From contig JARLJL010000022.1 in NCBI GenBank assembly GCA_031291235.1, positions 458,355 through 482,354 on the forward strand: 24,000 nucleotides of DNA, read 5' to 3'. Position 1 is the first letter of the stretch. The number at the start of each line of letters is the position of its first letter. Both the position numbers and the translations under genes were made by a program. Below the pieces are notes generated by a model. The model saw nothing but the letters and a program-made list of their open reading frames with translations. It searched no databases and was not told the DNA's origin. The DNA is from Sulfuriferula sp. Its GTDB lineage: Bacteria > Pseudomonadota > Gammaproteobacteria > Burkholderiales > Sulfuriferulaceae. This document shows, piece by piece, positions 8,285-15,061 of this stretch.

Positions 8285-8321
8285 GCATAACGACCAGCCC
8301 TGTTTAATTGCAAGGTTAGGC
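8285..8321 (-). repeat. Short attC-like core pair (probable deletion derivative)
   Basis: GCATAAC (8285-8291) and GTTAGGC (8315-8321) lie only 23 nt apart, in the same orientation as the confirmed attC ends. That is too short (37 bp) to be a functional attC. Confidence 0.3.
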
Positions 8322-8328
8322 AACAGCG

Positions 8329-8434
8329 GAGGCGGGAGGCGAAGGTCAGGCCTTATTTTTCACATAAACACAAAGCTTAGAATGTCAAATATAAGGCCTG
8401 ACCCCGGGCTGGAAATCCTCGCCTTCCGCCTCCA
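8329..8434. repeat. Long imperfect palindrome at the truncation point of the nitrilase-family fragment
   Basis: The perfect 13-bp inner arms are GGTCAGGCCTTAT (8344-8356) and ATAAGGCCTGACC (8391-8403). The outer arms are ggaggcgggaggcgaagg (8329-8346) and the reverse complement of 8416-8434, about 15/18 matched. The right outer arm lies within the coding remnant. Confidence 0.6.
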
Positions 8435-8695
8435 GGAAACTAAAACAGAGATAAATACCAAAACGCTTGGCGGTGCTTAACAACCACTTGACCGAATTGC
8501 CATTGATGGTTTCCGCTAAATCCCATATTTCTTCTGTTGCTATATAACCGCTGGGCATCAACTCGGGCAGTAAAACCAGCTTCGCTCCTTTTCTACCGCG
8601 TCACCAACTAATTTTTCTGCGTGTGCCAAGTTACGATCAACCTTGCCAGGATCGCAATTCATTTGCATAGCCGCAACTTTGACTGCTTTCGACAT
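8385..8695 (-). pseudogene. Carbon-nitrogen hydrolase (nitrilase superfamily) N-terminal fragment, frameshifted and truncated
   Basis: The remnant starts MSKAVKVAAMQMNCDPGKVDRNLAHAEKLVGDAVEK. A -1 shift in the T4/A4 run at 8589-8592 then continues it as GAKLVLLPELMPSGYIATEEIWDLAETINGNSVKWLLSTAKRFGIYLCFSFLEAEGEDF. Homology ends near 8412, so only about 100 of the expected 260 or more residues remain. Confidence 0.65.
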
Positions 8696-8758
8696 ACTGC
8701 AAATCCTTGGCGATTTTAACCGTAACGAAACTCTAGAAAAAGTAAACTCATAAGCCGC

Positions 8759-8788
8759 ATCGTGCCGTGAACCCAATAAAATATCAAG
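8759..8788 (-). promoter_or_regulatory. Conserved 30-nt upstream motif, copy 2
   Basis: ATCGTGCCGTG-N9-AAATATCAAG, 25/30 identical to 5591-5620. It lies 64-93 nt upstream of the nitrilase-fragment ATG. Confidence 0.45.
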
Positions 8789-8933
8789 GACCAAAACGGC
8801 AGACTGATGATATACGGCATGCATAACTATCCGGTAAATAGGCATTGGCTCACTCGGAAATGCTGGATTCAACCTCGGCACTCGTTTCTCGGCGTTGAGT
8901 TGAGGTGAATCGCACCCACTTTGCAGACACACA

Positions 8934-9019
8934 ACGTAACCGCCCCGCTACCTGCAACAAATGTCGCTACGCTCGCATACCTAATCAAGTCCTGTTGTAT
9001 AGCGAGTGCACGGTTATCT
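8934..9019 (-). repeat. Possible degenerate attC-like site
   Basis: ACGTAAC (8934-8940) and GTTATCT (9013-9019) could act as ends. Complementary inner boxes are CCCGCTA (8944-8950) and TAGCGAG (9000-9006). Orientation matches the confirmed attC sites, and the left part (cgccccgct) recurs at 6655-6663. The match is weak. Confidence 0.3.
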
Positions 9020-9046
9020 CATATCCATCAGCCAATACTCGCCAAT

Positions 9047-9063
9047 GTTAAGCATACGTTAAG
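9047..9063 (+). promoter_or_regulatory. Direct repeat GTTAAG-N5-GTTAAG (OmpR/PhoB-family, PmrA-box-like) with a downstream -10
   Basis: Hexamers at 9047-9052 and 9058-9063 have 11-bp periodicity and match the PmrA/BasR-type YTTAAK-N5-YTTAAK box. TAGATT (9074-9079) lies 10 bp downstream. The site is about 55-70 bp upstream of the cytochrome b ATG. Confidence 0.45.
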
Positions 9064-9116
9064 AATGCGGGCGTAGATTCCATCTCCAGCAAGCACCTTG
9101 TTAAAGGAGGAAGAAG

Positions 9117-9746
9117 ATGGAAACCATTACCTATGAACGCCGCAAAATATATGACGGTATATTGCGGCTGATCCACGCCTGGAACGGCATCGCGATTCTG
9201 TTCATGATTATCACCGTGTTGATCTCCGGATTATTCGAGCACGGCCCCGGCGAAAAGACCGTGTGGCTGATACATATCTACGGCGGTTATGCCCTGGTCA
9301 CAGGACTGGTCGCGCGACTGGTGTGGGGTTTTGTCGGGCCCGCCCACGCACGATTTTCCGATATGTGGCACCCCAAAAACTGGTGGCAGGCACTGCGCTC
9401 GTTCAATCTGCGTAGCATGCCGCGCTTTGGTCACGACACACTGGCCAGCGCTGCCTATCTGACGATTTACGCCGTGCTGCTGATGATGGCGGCTACCGGA
9501 CTGTCCTTGGCCGCCGTTGAACACAGCATCGGCCCACTTGCGCCCTGGCTGGCTGATAGCATCTGGCTCAAAGACCTGTTCAAGGAACCCCATGAGTTCG
9601 GCTACAACGTGATTATCGCTTTTGTGGTCATACATATCGCCGCCTTGATCTGGCATGAATGGAAAGACAGAACGCCCACTGCACAGTCCATGGTGAGTGG
9701 TTACCAGTATCGCATCCAACCAACCGAGGAGAAACATCATGACTAA
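9117..9746 (+). CDS. Cytochrome b561 family / Ni-Fe-hydrogenase-type b cytochrome membrane subunit
   Basis: 209 aa with four TM helices. Conserved His residues fall in TM segments (LIHAWNG, WLIHIYGGY, VVIHIAALIWHEW). A strong SD AAAGGAGG lies upstream. Confidence 0.85.
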   Translation: METITYERRKIYDGILRLIHAWNGIAILFMIITVLISGLFEHGPGEKTVWLIHIYGGYALVTGLVARLVWGFVGPAHARFSDMWHPKNWWQALRSFNLRSMPRFGHDTLASAAYLTIYAVLLMMAATGLSLAAVEHSIGPLAPWLADSIWLKDLFKEPHEFGYNVIIAFVVIHIAALIWHEWKDRTPTAQSMVSGYQYRIQPTEEKHHD

Positions 9747-10146
9747 AACATTCTGGCTGATCTTGTTAATACTCAGCGCTAATGCGCAGGCGGCAAGCCC
9801 TGCCGAAGCACTGCAAGGCTACACCGCGCAGGCCAAACAGGAGAACCCAGCCTACAAGGCGCCGTCGGCGAGTAAAGGCGACGTGTTTTTCCACGCCACC
9901 CACCAGCTCGGCAACGGCACCAGCGTCAGCTGCGCCACTTGCCATACTGCCAATCCGAGACAGCCCGGCAAAACCCGCGCCAACAAGGAAATTCTGCCGA
10001 TGGCGCCCAGCGCCAATACGCAGCGCTTCACCGATGCGGCGAAGACGGAAAAGTGGTTCCGTCGCAATTGTCAGGACGTACTGGAACGCACCTGCACTGC
10101 GCAGGAAAAAAGCGATTTCATTGCTTACCTACTCTCGGTTAAATAA
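9739..10146 (+). CDS. DUF1924-type monoheme c-type cytochrome (periplasmic)
   Basis: The start is taken at ATG 9739 (GAGGAG upstream), overlapping the previous gene by 8 nt. It has a signal peptide MTKTFWLILLILSANAQA and a single CATCH heme motif. ...KWFRRNC..V..R.CT..EK.D...YL is typical of DUF1924. Confidence 0.85.
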   Translation: MTKTFWLILLILSANAQAASPAEALQGYTAQAKQENPAYKAPSASKGDVFFHATHQLGNGTSVSCATCHTANPRQPGKTRANKEILPMAPSANTQRFTDAAKTEKWFRRNCQDVLERTCTAQEKSDFIAYLLSVK

Positions 10147-10158
10147 CAAGGAGCGATC

Positions 10159-10677
10159 ATGTTTACACGCAAACTACTACAAGCAGGCCTGTTATTCGGC
10201 GCAATTTTTACCACCGGTTATTTGCTGGCAGACGACCACGAAGGCGGCGGCAGCCGTTCTCTTGCCCCAGTCACCCAACCCAAGTGGCAGGCCGAATGCG
10301 CCAGTTGCCACATGCTCTATCACCCAGGACTGCTGCCAGAACGCTCCTGGCGCAAGCTGATGGGCGGACTGGATAAGCATTTCGGCGAGAATGCCAGCCT
10401 GGACAAACTGACGCAGCAGGAGATACTGCAGTTTCTGGTGGCCAATAGTGCCGACCACAACGGCTCGCGACGCTCGGAAAAAATCGCCAGCTCGATCCCG
10501 GCGCAAGCCACGCCGTTGCGCATTACAGAAACCGCGTATTTCCAGCACAAGCATGACGAGATCAGTGCATCAGTATGGAAACGCCCGAAAATCGGCAGTC
10601 AGTCCAATTGCATCGCCTGTCACAGCGGTGCGGAAAAGGGTAATTTTTCCGAGGACTATGTACGCATTCCGCGCTAA
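10159..10677 (+). CDS. Diheme cytochrome c (DHC family)
   Basis: 172 aa with a signal peptide and two CxxCH motifs (CASCH, CIACH). ...ERSWRKLMGGLDKHFGENASL is typical of the DHC family. AAGGAG SD. Confidence 0.85.
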   Translation: MFTRKLLQAGLLFGAIFTTGYLLADDHEGGGSRSLAPVTQPKWQAECASCHMLYHPGLLPERSWRKLMGGLDKHFGENASLDKLTQQEILQFLVANSADHNGSRRSEKIASSIPAQATPLRITETAYFQHKHDEISASVWKRPKIGSQSNCIACHSGAEKGNFSEDYVRIPR

Positions 10678-10717
10678 CGCTGGTAATCTACCCGGATAAA
10701 CCGCCAACGGAATCCAA

Positions 10718-11386
10718 ATGCGCTTACTACTGGTTGAAGACGATGCGATGCTGGGCGACGGAGTACGCGCCGGACTCACTCAAGAAGGCTTTACCGTCGA
10801 CTGGGTGCAGGACGGCGCGGCAGCGCAGCTCGCCATCCGCACGGAACCCTACGCGCTGACGATACTGGATCTGGGCCTGCCCAAGCTGGCTGGACTGGAT
10901 CTGCTCAAACAGTTGCGGCATGCCGGTAACACCATGCCCGTACTCATCCTCACCGCCCGCGACACCGTAGTGGATCGCGTCCTGGGGCTGGACAGCGGCG
11001 CGGACGACTACCTCATCAAACCCTTCGACCTGGACGAACTGGCCGCACGCATCCGCGCCCTGCTGCGCCGCAATACCGGCCGCGCCACGCCGCAAATCCG
11101 GCATGGCGATATCGTACTCGACCCTGCCGCCCATGCCGTCACTGCATCCGGTATGCCGGTTGAATTATCCACCCGCGAATTCGCAGTGTTGCAGACCTTG
11201 CTCGAAAGTGCCGGCCGCGTGCTGTCCCGCGAGCAACTGGAGCAGCAGCTCTATGGCTGGAACGAGGAAGTGGAAAGCAATACGATAGAAGTCCACATCC
11301 ACCACCTGCGCAAAAAACTCGGTTCGGATTTAATCCGCACAGTGCGCGGTGTAGGTTACATGGTAGACAAGCCGCATGAACATTGA
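10718..11386 (+). CDS. OmpR/PhoB-family response regulator (QseB/PmrA-like)
   Basis: 222 aa. The receiver domain shows MRLLLVEDD, a phospho-acceptor Asp in ILDLGLP, and KPF. The winged-helix output domain shows LS.REF.VL..L....GRVLSRE.L......G......SNTIEVHIHHLRKKLG...I.TVRGVGY. Confidence 0.95.
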   Translation: MRLLLVEDDAMLGDGVRAGLTQEGFTVDWVQDGAAAQLAIRTEPYALTILDLGLPKLAGLDLLKQLRHAGNTMPVLILTARDTVVDRVLGLDSGADDYLIKPFDLDELAARIRALLRRNTGRATPQIRHGDIVLDPAAHAVTASGMPVELSTREFAVLQTLLESAGRVLSREQLEQQLYGWNEEVESNTIEVHIHHLRKKLGSDLIRTVRGVGYMVDKPHEH

Positions 11387-12728
11387 AACCAAATCCGTCT
11401 CCATCCGCCGCCGCCTGCTGGTACTGATAATGGCGACCGTCGTCGGGCTCTGGGCAATCACTGCAGTGATGAGCTACATCACCACACATCACGAAATCGA
11501 CGAACTGTTTGACGCACAACTGGTGCAGTCCGCGCGCGTACTGCTTGCCCAGACAACGCATGACACTGAAGAAACTGAAATCGAGTACGACGATCAGTAC
11601 CACAAATACGAGAAAAAACTTGCGTTTCAGATATGGAATAGAGATAACGAATTACTGCTACGCTCCGACAGCGCGCCCTTATCGCCCTTATCCACAAACA
11701 CTGACGGATTTAGCGATGTCCATATTAACGGCCAGCCCTGGCGCATTTTCTCGCGCTGGGATGCCCATCATGAATTGCAGATACAAGTGGGGGAACGCCA
11801 CGACGTACGTAACGAACTGGTACAGGGTATTGCACTGCAACTGCTCTACCCCATGCTGTTCGCTCTACCAGTGTTGGCTTTCCTGATCTGGATCAGCATC
11901 GGTCGGGGACTGTCTCCGCTGAAACGGGTAGCGCACGATGTCGCGCAAAGAGCACCGCAGCATTTAACCACGCTGGACACCACCAGCATTCCAGCAGAAA
12001 TCCAGCCACTGACCGATGCGTTGAATGGTCTGTTTGAGCGATTGCAACAAGCATTCGAACATGAACGCCAGTTTACCGCTGATGCCGCCCATGAACTACG
12101 TACACCACTAGCTGCATTAAAAATCCAGGCACAGGTCGCCCAGCGCGCTACTGACGACACTACCCGTCAGCGCGCGCTGGAGCAACTGGTCCTGGGCACT
12201 GACCGCGCCACCCATCTGGTGGGACAACTGCTGACTCTGGCGCGACTGGACCCGGAACAAGGTCTGGTCAAACGTGAACCGGTCGACCTGCAAAGTCTGG
12301 CGGTAAGCGTATTGGGGCAACTGGCACCCGAAGCCATTGCCAAAGACATAGATTTGAGCCTGGTGCCTGGATCACCGATCAAGGTAGCCGGAGACAGCGA
12401 CGCATTAGGCGTGCTCCTGCGCAACCTAGTGGATAACGCTATCCGCTACACCCCGCAAAACGGCAAGGTAAGCGTAGAAATCGCGCAACAGGACAGCCAT
12501 ATTCTGTTGCGCATATCCGACTCCGGGCCTGGTATTTCCGAATTGGAACGCCAACACGTGTTCAAGCGCTTTTACAGGGGTTTAGGCACTAGTGCTACTG
12601 GCAGTGGGCTGGGGCTGTCTATCGCGCAGCGAATTGCCGAACTACATGACGCCGTTATTGCATTTGACACCCCGAAAAACGGCACGGGCTTATGTGTCTC
12701 GGTGAATTTTCAGCAAAACACGATATAA
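11376..12728 (+). CDS. Sensor histidine kinase (QseC/PmrB-like, periplasmic sensing domain)
   Basis: 450 aa, overlapping the regulator gene by 11 nt. Two TM helices flank a periplasmic domain of about 115 aa. H-box AAHELRTPLAAL, N-box LLRNLVDNAIRYTP, G1 DSGPGI, G2 GSGLGLSIA. Confidence 0.95.
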   Translation: MNIETKSVSIRRRLLVLIMATVVGLWAITAVMSYITTHHEIDELFDAQLVQSARVLLAQTTHDTEETEIEYDDQYHKYEKKLAFQIWNRDNELLLRSDSAPLSPLSTNTDGFSDVHINGQPWRIFSRWDAHHELQIQVGERHDVRNELVQGIALQLLYPMLFALPVLAFLIWISIGRGLSPLKRVAHDVAQRAPQHLTTLDTTSIPAEIQPLTDALNGLFERLQQAFEHERQFTADAAHELRTPLAALKIQAQVAQRATDDTTRQRALEQLVLGTDRATHLVGQLLTLARLDPEQGLVKREPVDLQSLAVSVLGQLAPEAIAKDIDLSLVPGSPIKVAGDSDALGVLLRNLVDNAIRYTPQNGKVSVEIAQQDSHILLRISDSGPGISELERQHVFKRFYRGLGTSATGSGLGLSIAQRIAELHDAVIAFDTPKNGTGLCVSVNFQQNTI

Positions 12729-12843
12729 AACCCAACGCAATTACCGTGCGTGCTTCATCAGCTTTCCCCTCATAATGAAGGCAGGTCCAGCAAAGATGCG
12801 CCAATCGCGGCAATGCTGCATTGCTAGCACCCTGTTTTCAAAA

Positions 12844-12922
12844 GCCGTAACGTGAAGCTAAGGGGCGCGCCAAAGGCGCGTCCCAGCGACCAAAGGGAGC
12901 GAACTTGAGCGTAGGGTTAGCC
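12844..12922 (-). repeat. attC of cassette 6 (distal end of array)
   Basis: gccgtaac-gtgaa-gctaagg-ggcgcgccaaaggcgcgtcc...cttgagc-gtagg-gttagcc. It resembles the attC at 13411-13470 but carries a 19-nt insertion and degenerate cores. The TAA stop of the cassette ORF lies inside the GTTA core. Confidence 0.7.
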
Positions 12923-13405
12923 CACACGTTTTCGGACCCCAGCATAGGAAAATATGGGTACGCAGACAAGCACCAATAATAAACCAGCCAAGCGTTCGCC
13001 AAGATACTCACTTGCATTTCCCCAAACATGAACACTAGGTTCACTGGGAATATATGTGACAAGCCCTGAATCTCCCGCCTTTATTGCCTCGCACGTTGGA
13101 TTGCCATATCCATCAGAGCCTAGCTCATTAACGATAGTGGTGCCGACCGAGAACTGATAGCGAATATGGTGCTTTTCACCTTGCCGACAATCAACTTCGA
13201 CTACTCGTGCGGGAGCACTAATGCCTGAAGTTGTTAACCAGAGGTAAGGCAGCATGTTGCCAAGAAACATGGCGAACACAGATGCCGTAGTGACGATTGC
13301 AATTGCGAGGGGTGAATGTTGCCGATAGTACCAATACAACCCTAACGCCACGCCAACAGAGCCCAAGGAAAATAGGAGAATCTGAAATACGTTCAGGATG
13401 TTCAT
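12917..13405 (-). CDS. DUF3592-like membrane protein (cassette 6)
   Basis: 162 aa with N-terminal TM helices, a beta-rich segment (ARVVEVDCRQGEKHHIRYQFSVGTT...) and a C-terminal TM helix, which is the DUF3592 layout. It fills the cassette 12851-13416. Confidence 0.65.
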   Translation of the reverse strand: MNILNVFQILLFSLGSVGVALGLYWYYRQHSPLAIAIVTTASVFAMFLGNMLPYLWLTTSGISAPARVVEVDCRQGEKHHIRYQFSVGTTIVNELGSDGYGNPTCEAIKAGDSGLVTYIPSEPSVHVWGNASEYLGERLAGLLLVLVCVPIFSYAGVRKRVG

Positions 13406-13410
13406 GTGGG

Positions 13411-13470
13411 GGCTAACGTGGAGCTAAGGGGCGCCGCTTCGCGGCGTCCCGCTTGAGCGTAGGGTTAGGC
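13411..13470 (-). repeat. attC of cassette 5
   Basis: GGCTAAC-gtgga-GCTAAG-gggcgccgcttcgcggcgtccc-gCTTGAGC-gtagg-GTTAGGC. This is the canonical R/L box structure with one extrahelical base in the L box pair. Confidence 0.85.
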
Positions 13471-13488
13471 AGACGTTGATGCATACGA

Positions 13489-13782
13489 TTACTCTCCATA
13501 TGTATTGAGAGCCAAGAATACACCAATGTAAAGCGAAACGAACGTAGCCAAACCTGCGCAGAATACCCACAACCCCTCTCGATATAAAGCCGAAGCTAAC
13601 CATTTTGTTTTTAGAAGAACCAAGAGATATGCAGCAAACGCAAGAATCGAAGAAACACCAAGCCAGAGAGCCATCAAAAAACCAGAAGGCAAGTTGAGGC
13701 CAAAGAATTTAGTGCCATATGCCGTAAAGAGGAAAGCGACATGAATGCAGGCGACCAAAACGATTTGCGCAATCAACTTCAT
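13489..13782 (-). CDS. Hypothetical polytopic membrane protein (97 aa, cassette 5)
   Basis: ORF with 3-4 hydrophobic helices that fills the cassette 13417-13796. Its ATG lies 8 nt after the GTTAGGC core. I recognise no family. Confidence 0.55.
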   Translation of the reverse strand: MKLIAQIVLVACIHVAFLFTAYGTKFFGLNLPSGFLMALWLGVSSILAFAAYLLVLLKTKWLASALYREGLWVFCAGLATFVSLYIGVFLALNTYGE

Positions 13783-13790
13783 GGGGGTAT

Positions 13791-13857
13791 GCCTAACGTT
13801 TGAATTGAGCGGCCTGCGCGGCTTTTCGCGCAGGTCCGCTCGAATGATGGGTTGGGC
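13791..13857 (-). repeat. attC of cassette 4
   Basis: GCCTAAC ... cctgcgcggcttttcgcgcagg ... GTTGGGC. The central hairpin is shared with the attC sites at 14194, 15062 and 15913. Confidence 0.85.
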
Positions 13858-13890
13858 ACATGGTCTCTCAGTTTCCTTTTCGCTTGGCTT

Positions 13891-14118
13891 TCACAAGCTC
13901 ATCAGCGGGCTAAGCCCGGAAGGGAGGTGGCGCTCCCAAAACACGATGACGTGGTTGATGATACGTTTTGCATATGCCATTACCTCACAAACTGCCTTCT
14001 TGACCATAAGCAAACCCTCCTTTCGAGTTGAAGATAGACGAGCAATTACTTCCGTGATTACAAATCCTAGCCAGAAGCTGGTAGGGCCAATAACTACATG
14101 AATAAAGCCTGCCATCAT
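13891..14118 (-). CDS. Possible small membrane protein (75 aa, cassette 4)
   Basis: This is the only minus-strand ORF fully inside cassette 13797-14199 besides a TTG-started 62-aa ORF. It has an N-terminal hydrophobic helix. An internal AAGGAGG-N8-ATG could instead give a 38-aa product. Support is weak. Confidence 0.3.
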   Translation of the reverse strand: MMAGFIHVVIGPTSFWLGFVITEVIARLSSTRKEGLLMVKKAVCEVMAYAKRIINHVIVFWERHLPSGLSPLMSL

Positions 14119-14193
14119 CAGTCTCAGGAGGCCACCTCTGAGAGACGCACGATTGTGCGTTTCGGCATTTCAAAACGGTACGGCGAGTAATGT

Positions 14194-14259
14194 GCCCAAC
14201 GTGGAGCTAACCCGCCTGCGCGGCTTTTTGCGCAGGTCGGGTTGAGCGCAGGGTTAGGC
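14194..14259 (-). repeat. attC of cassette 3
   Basis: GCCCAAC-gtgga-gctaac-ccgcctgcgcggctttttgcgcaggtcgg-gttgagc-gcagg-GTTAGGC. Confidence 0.85.
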
Positions 14260-14286
14260 GAATGTGGCTCCGAAAGTAAGGCACTT

Positions 14287-15027
14287 TTAACCAACCAGTT
14301 TGTGTTGGAAGGCGTAATGTCTTCCTTTGTCGGTTAGGTAAAGGCTCTTAATAATGTCTTGCTTAACTAGCCCAAGAGCTACGGCTTCTTTGATAGTGAT
14401 ATCAAGCAGAAGCCTTGACGCTTTCGAATTGCGAACGATTTTATCGTAGGAGATGTAGTCCAATGTGTGCGACTCAAAGTCTCGAATTATCAGTGTCATC
14501 AATTCGAGAACAGCGTCTGCGGATTTTTCGGCTGGTGTTTCTTGTGGCGGCGTGAAAGGATTATTCCCAATTGGGGGCTTTTTGAAAAGCGGAGAGCCCA
14601 CCAAAGTTCGAACTAGTTCATCGAATGAGAATTCTGCTTCATCATCCTTGGAAAAATCGACGAATAGCTTCGTTTTGAGAAAAGTGGGTACGTTTCTTGT
14701 GCCAGCTTGCCTGATGATCGGAATGACCTTATTGGAGTCAATTGACTTTAACAGGTCTGAAGTGACGATCATTTTTTCATATCCAACGCCACCGACTCCT
14801 GAATTTGCCTTTTCAACATACTTGTCAGTGCAAATCATTAGAACTCTGTTGGCAGCTGCCAAATTTTGCTCCATAAAGTGTGTCAAGTCGTCTCCAGGCT
14901 GGAGTTCCCACTGATCTAGGATTGCATCGATACCAGAGTTTCTAAGCCTGATGGCGAAGTCCATCACCCATTTTTTGTGGACTTGCGAGTCGTGTGAATA
15001 CGAAATAAAAACTCGTGGGATTGTCAT
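14287..15027 (-). CDS. TIR/SEFIR-like (STIR superfamily) domain protein with a C-terminal winged-helix-like region (cassette 3)
   Basis: 246 aa. The N-terminal 150 aa or so read RVFISYSHDSQVHKKWVMDFAIRLRNSGIDAILDQWELQPGDDL..FMEQNL..ANRVLMICTDKYVEKANSGVGGVGYE, the pattern of bacterial TIR/SEFIR domains. A Pro-rich linker follows, then about 85 aa ending ..LVKQD..SLYLTDKGRHYA, which looks like a wHTH wing. Confidence 0.8.
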   Translation of the reverse strand: MTIPRVFISYSHDSQVHKKWVMDFAIRLRNSGIDAILDQWELQPGDDLTHFMEQNLAAANRVLMICTDKYVEKANSGVGGVGYEKMIVTSDLLKSIDSNKVIPIIRQAGTRNVPTFLKTKLFVDFSKDDEAEFSFDELVRTLVGSPLFKKPPIGNNPFTPPQETPAEKSADAVLELMTLIIRDFESHTLDYISYDKIVRNSKASRLLLDITIKEAVALGLVKQDIIKSLYLTDKGRHYAFQHKLVG

Positions 15028-15061
15028 GTGTAAGTACTTTCAGAAACCTGTATCTGAGATT

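Noticed and set aside
8558-8932. 124-aa minus-strand ORF taken as an intact gene.
   Set aside because: It is chimeric. Its last 45 residues are the N-terminus of a nitrilase-family protein that then frameshifts. The first 79 residues are a read-through of the upstream non-coding region containing the conserved 30-nt motif.
9782-10360. 192-aa + strand ORF rich in Arg, Pro and Ala.
   Set aside because: It runs out of frame across both c-type cytochrome genes and their intergenic gap. It has low-complexity composition typical of an off-frame read of GC-rich coding DNA, and no start context.
12810-12840. Hairpin gcaatg-ctg-cattgc followed by ctgtttt, considered as a terminator of the kinase gene.
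   Set aside because: The stem is only 6 bp, the loop is 3 nt, and the T-tract is interrupted. This is too weak to call.
13745-14101. 118-aa + strand ORF.
   Set aside because: It starts antisense inside the 97-aa cassette ORF and runs through attC 13791-13857 across a cassette boundary. No supporting signals.
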